NCBI RefSeq assembly: GCF_000143415.4
Contig: NW_003314282.1
Location: 159,700 to 223,699 of the forward strand
Length of the DNA stretch: 64,000 nucleotides
Direction of reading: 5' to 3'
DNA from: Selaginella moellendorffii
Lineage: Eukaryota > Plantae > Lycopodiophyta
A program made the position numbers and the translations under genes. The notes beneath the pieces were generated by a model. It searched no databases, had not been told where the DNA came from, and worked only from the letters and a program-made list of their open reading frames with translations. Every line of letters starts with the position of its first letter. The first letter of the stretch is position 1. Below are positions 61,256 through 64,000 of the stretch, piece by piece.

Positions 61256-63280
61256 ATGCTGTGGGCACTTCCAACGAGTAAGCCAGCGACTACTCTAAGC
61301 CCGTTTTCCACCAGCAGCACGCACAGCCACCATAGTCATGGCAGATTTTTGGCCAAGGCAGCCTCCTCAGCTTCTTCTCTAGAGCTCGACAATGGCGAGG
61401 AGAACAGGACCAGTTCCAACACTCCCGAGGAAACTGGAGAGTCCAGTGCCAGCGCGAAAACGATTCCCAGGTACACGAAATGGACTCCACAGTTTGCTAG
61501 AGTTGATGAGGTTCTCAAGATCCTCCAGAAGACTGGGAATGTAGAGGCGGCGCTGGAGAGCTGGGACAAATCCCTGTCGGCCAAGAACATCGTCACGGTT
61601 CTCAACAATATCAACCGCTGGGAGAAAGCTCTCGCCTTCTTCGAGTGGCTCAAGGCCCGACCTGAGCTCTACGAGATCAACAGGTACACGTACAACGTGA
61701 TGCTCAAGATCCTACGCAATGGCCGCCAGCTCGAGCTCTCGGAGAAGCTCGTCGAGGAGATGACGGGTCGCGGGATCCAGCCAGACAACTACACTTTCAG
61801 CACTCTGATCAACTGCGCCAAGCGCTGCCGCCAGCCGGAAGAAGCTCTCAAGTGGTTCGAGAGGATGAAGAGCGAAGGGATCGTCCCAGACGAGGTGACT
61901 TACAACTCGGTGATCGACATGTATGGGCGAGTGGGACGAGTGAACGAGGCCGTGGAGCTCTACGAGAAGCTAAAGTCCGTCAACTGGAAGCTCGACACTG
62001 TGACTTACGGCGCTATAGCCAACGTCTACGCCCGGGCCGGGGACTACCAATCCATCATCCAGCTCGTCCAGGAGATGCGAGACAGTGGAAGCTCCCCCAA
62101 CGCCGTGATCATGAACACGCTCATGGGGACGCTGAGCAAGGCCGGGAAAGTGAACCAGGCCAAGAAGGTGTTCAACGAGATGAGAACCTCCGGAGTGAGC
62201 CCGACGCCGGTGACGCTGAGCATCCTGGTGGAGATGTACACGAGAGTCGGAGCTTACGACCAAGCATTCGAGGTCTACGAGACGCTCAAGACGGAGGGAT
62301 GGAAGTGCGACGTCGCGGTGTACAACTCGCTCATGAAAGCCTGCGTCGAGGGAGGCCGAGTCGAGCAAGCGGAGGATATCTTGAAGGAGATGAAGCGAGC
62401 GGGGTGTAACCCGGATCATCTCACGTACAGGACGGCCATGAACACGTACGCGACGAAGGGAATGGTGGATCCGGCCAGGAGGATGTTCGACAAGGTGGTG
62501 GCGCTCAACGGCAAGCCGGACACTCCACTCTTCACGGTGATGATCCGGGCCTGCAAGCTCGCCGGGGAGATCGAGCAGGCGAGCAAGATCTTTGACGAGA
62601 TGATGGAGAGTGGCTGCTGCTCGCCGGACGAGCGAGTGAGCGGGATGCTGCTCTCGTGCATGGCCATGGCCAAGAACGACGACGAGCGCCTTGCCATCCT
62701 CGACTGCCTGGACAAGTTTAACGCTCCTCTCCACGAGCTCATGAGCGCGATCGTCCGCAAGGAAGAGCCGAGATCCAGGGACGAGGTGGCGGAGATGGTG
62801 GAGAAGTTCATCAGCGACTACCCCGAGACGGACTCGCGCAAGCCGCTGTGCAACTGCCTCATCGACATCTGCTCCAGCGTGGGGATGAAGCACGCAGCTC
62901 ACAAGATCTTCGCCATGGGAGTTGCGGTGGGAGCCTACGATGGCCTCCAGACCAATCTCCCATCGCTGTGGCGGCTCAACCTCCGGACGCTCTCCATGCC
63001 CGCGGCCGAGTGCGCGATCGAAGCTTGGGTGAGCTCGCTCAAGGCGGCTGTCCGGGAGGGGGACGAGCTCCCGGAGGATCTCATAATCGAGACGGGCGTG
63101 GGACGAGTGCGCAGTGGACAGAGGCTCAACCCGATCGTTGGAACGCTGCTCAAGAAGCTCGGGGCGCCCTTCACAGAGAACACCGAGCCGGCGGGGTACT
63201 ACTGCTCGACTGGAGCCGCGGTGGAGGCGTGGATCAAAGCGAGGATCGCTCTGGAAGAAAATTCGGCATTTTCTCTCTAA
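61256..63280 (+). CDS. P-class PPR-SMR protein, probably plastid-targeted (SOT1/SVR7 group)
   Basis: S/T-rich N terminus, tandem 35-aa P motifs, C-terminal WRLNLRTLS..AAECA..W..LIIETGVG..LGAPF SMR domain. Confidence 0.92.
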   Translation: MLWALPTSKPATTLSPFSTSSTHSHHSHGRFLAKAASSASSLELDNGEENRTSSNTPEETGESSASAKTIPRYTKWTPQFARVDEVLKILQKTGNVEAALESWDKSLSAKNIVTVLNNINRWEKALAFFEWLKARPELYEINRYTYNVMLKILRNGRQLELSEKLVEEMTGRGIQPDNYTFSTLINCAKRCRQPEEALKWFERMKSEGIVPDEVTYNSVIDMYGRVGRVNEAVELYEKLKSVNWKLDTVTYGAIANVYARAGDYQSIIQLVQEMRDSGSSPNAVIMNTLMGTLSKAGKVNQAKKVFNEMRTSGVSPTPVTLSILVEMYTRVGAYDQAFEVYETLKTEGWKCDVAVYNSLMKACVEGGRVEQAEDILKEMKRAGCNPDHLTYRTAMNTYATKGMVDPARRMFDKVVALNGKPDTPLFTVMIRACKLAGEIEQASKIFDEMMESGCCSPDERVSGMLLSCMAMAKNDDERLAILDCLDKFNAPLHELMSAIVRKEEPRSRDEVAEMVEKFISDYPETDSRKPLCNCLIDICSSVGMKHAAHKIFAMGVAVGAYDGLQTNLPSLWRLNLRTLSMPAAECAIEAWVSSLKAAVREGDELPEDLIIETGVGRVRSGQRLNPIVGTLLKKLGAPFTENTEPAGYYCSTGAAVEAWIKARIALEENSAFSL

Positions 63281-64000
63281 AGATTTTATAAAAACTTTAT
63301 GGACTTTAATGAAATTGTGACTAGTAATATAGCAAAAGATGGCGGACGAAAGCCGGTGAGGGTTTGACGGTGCGAATCTTGCGACACCATCGCCCTCTTG
63401 TAAAGCGCCTATACCCAACACTGTCTCGGCGGAAGAGCACAGGCGACACCTATGTTTGTGGTATGTACGCAAATTGGGTGTCTATCTTGTTGCCTCTCTC
63501 ACGCAGCAATTCCTGCAAGCGACCGCAACGCTGCCAAAGGCATGCCCCGTTCGATCCGTCACTGCCACTGTCTCGAGAGAACCTGGTCGAATGGCTCTCG
63601 ACAGTCCTCTTAAGCACCTTGCAACGAAAGTGCTTCTCTTATTGGTGGAGGCTGATAAGGACTGGTTGGCCGGACTGCTCACAGCGATTCCAAACGCCGA
63701 GAACCCGTCGAGGCCTCTCTCAGCCGTGGTCGAGTATGCTTCTCCAACCACAAGACGTCCTTCAGTCGTATATCCACTGGAAGTCAAGCGTGTTGGAGCT
63801 AGAGAGCAATTGTTTTGTGATATGAAAAAGAAAAACAACGAGTACTGAGTCAATGCCCTAGCACGTCCAAGGCAAGGCATTTGACCAAAATCCCAGTGAT
63901 GCTTGGGAAGAACACTGGATAGAAACGTAGACTCAAGGGTTAAAAATTATGCCGTTGATGTCTTCGTGTTTGCATAAGAATGGATATATTGCTCATAGAA

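Noticed and set aside
61970-63472. 500-aa antisense ORF, and similar antisense ORFs over PPR, SDR and PTB genes
   Set aside because: Expected shadow of high-GC3 coding sequence; no motifs

Overview
Eukaryotic plant DNA, most likely a lycophyte such as Selaginella (inferred from ~50-60 bp introns, tight gene spacing and many intronless PLS/SS-class PPR genes). Left part (1-41 kb) is a rearranged, TE-rich duplication mosaic. It holds four copies or fragments of an intronless P-loop NTPase gene with a possible C-terminal restriction-endonuclease-like fold (Crinkler/RHS-like; one intact, 639 aa), interleaved with PLS-E PPR genes and pseudogenes. It also holds a TPR-CHAT (caspase-like) pseudogene broken by a clean 352-bp inversion, a CACTA fragment, four Ty3/gypsy elements (one nested in another) and three solo LTRs of one family. 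The standout is a young 324-bp TRIM at 555-878 with identical LTRs that each carry a tRNA-like Pol III cassette. Right part (41-64 kb) is gene-dense housekeeping sequence: SDR, AP-2 mu, SS-type PPR, two WW/zinc-ribbon (CFL1/GIR1-like) paralogues, an RPB7-like Pol IV/V subunit, PTB3 and a PPR-SMR. It is interrupted by a very AT-rich island encoding a predicted secreted bulb-type lectin. All calls come from manual reading; no searches were run.
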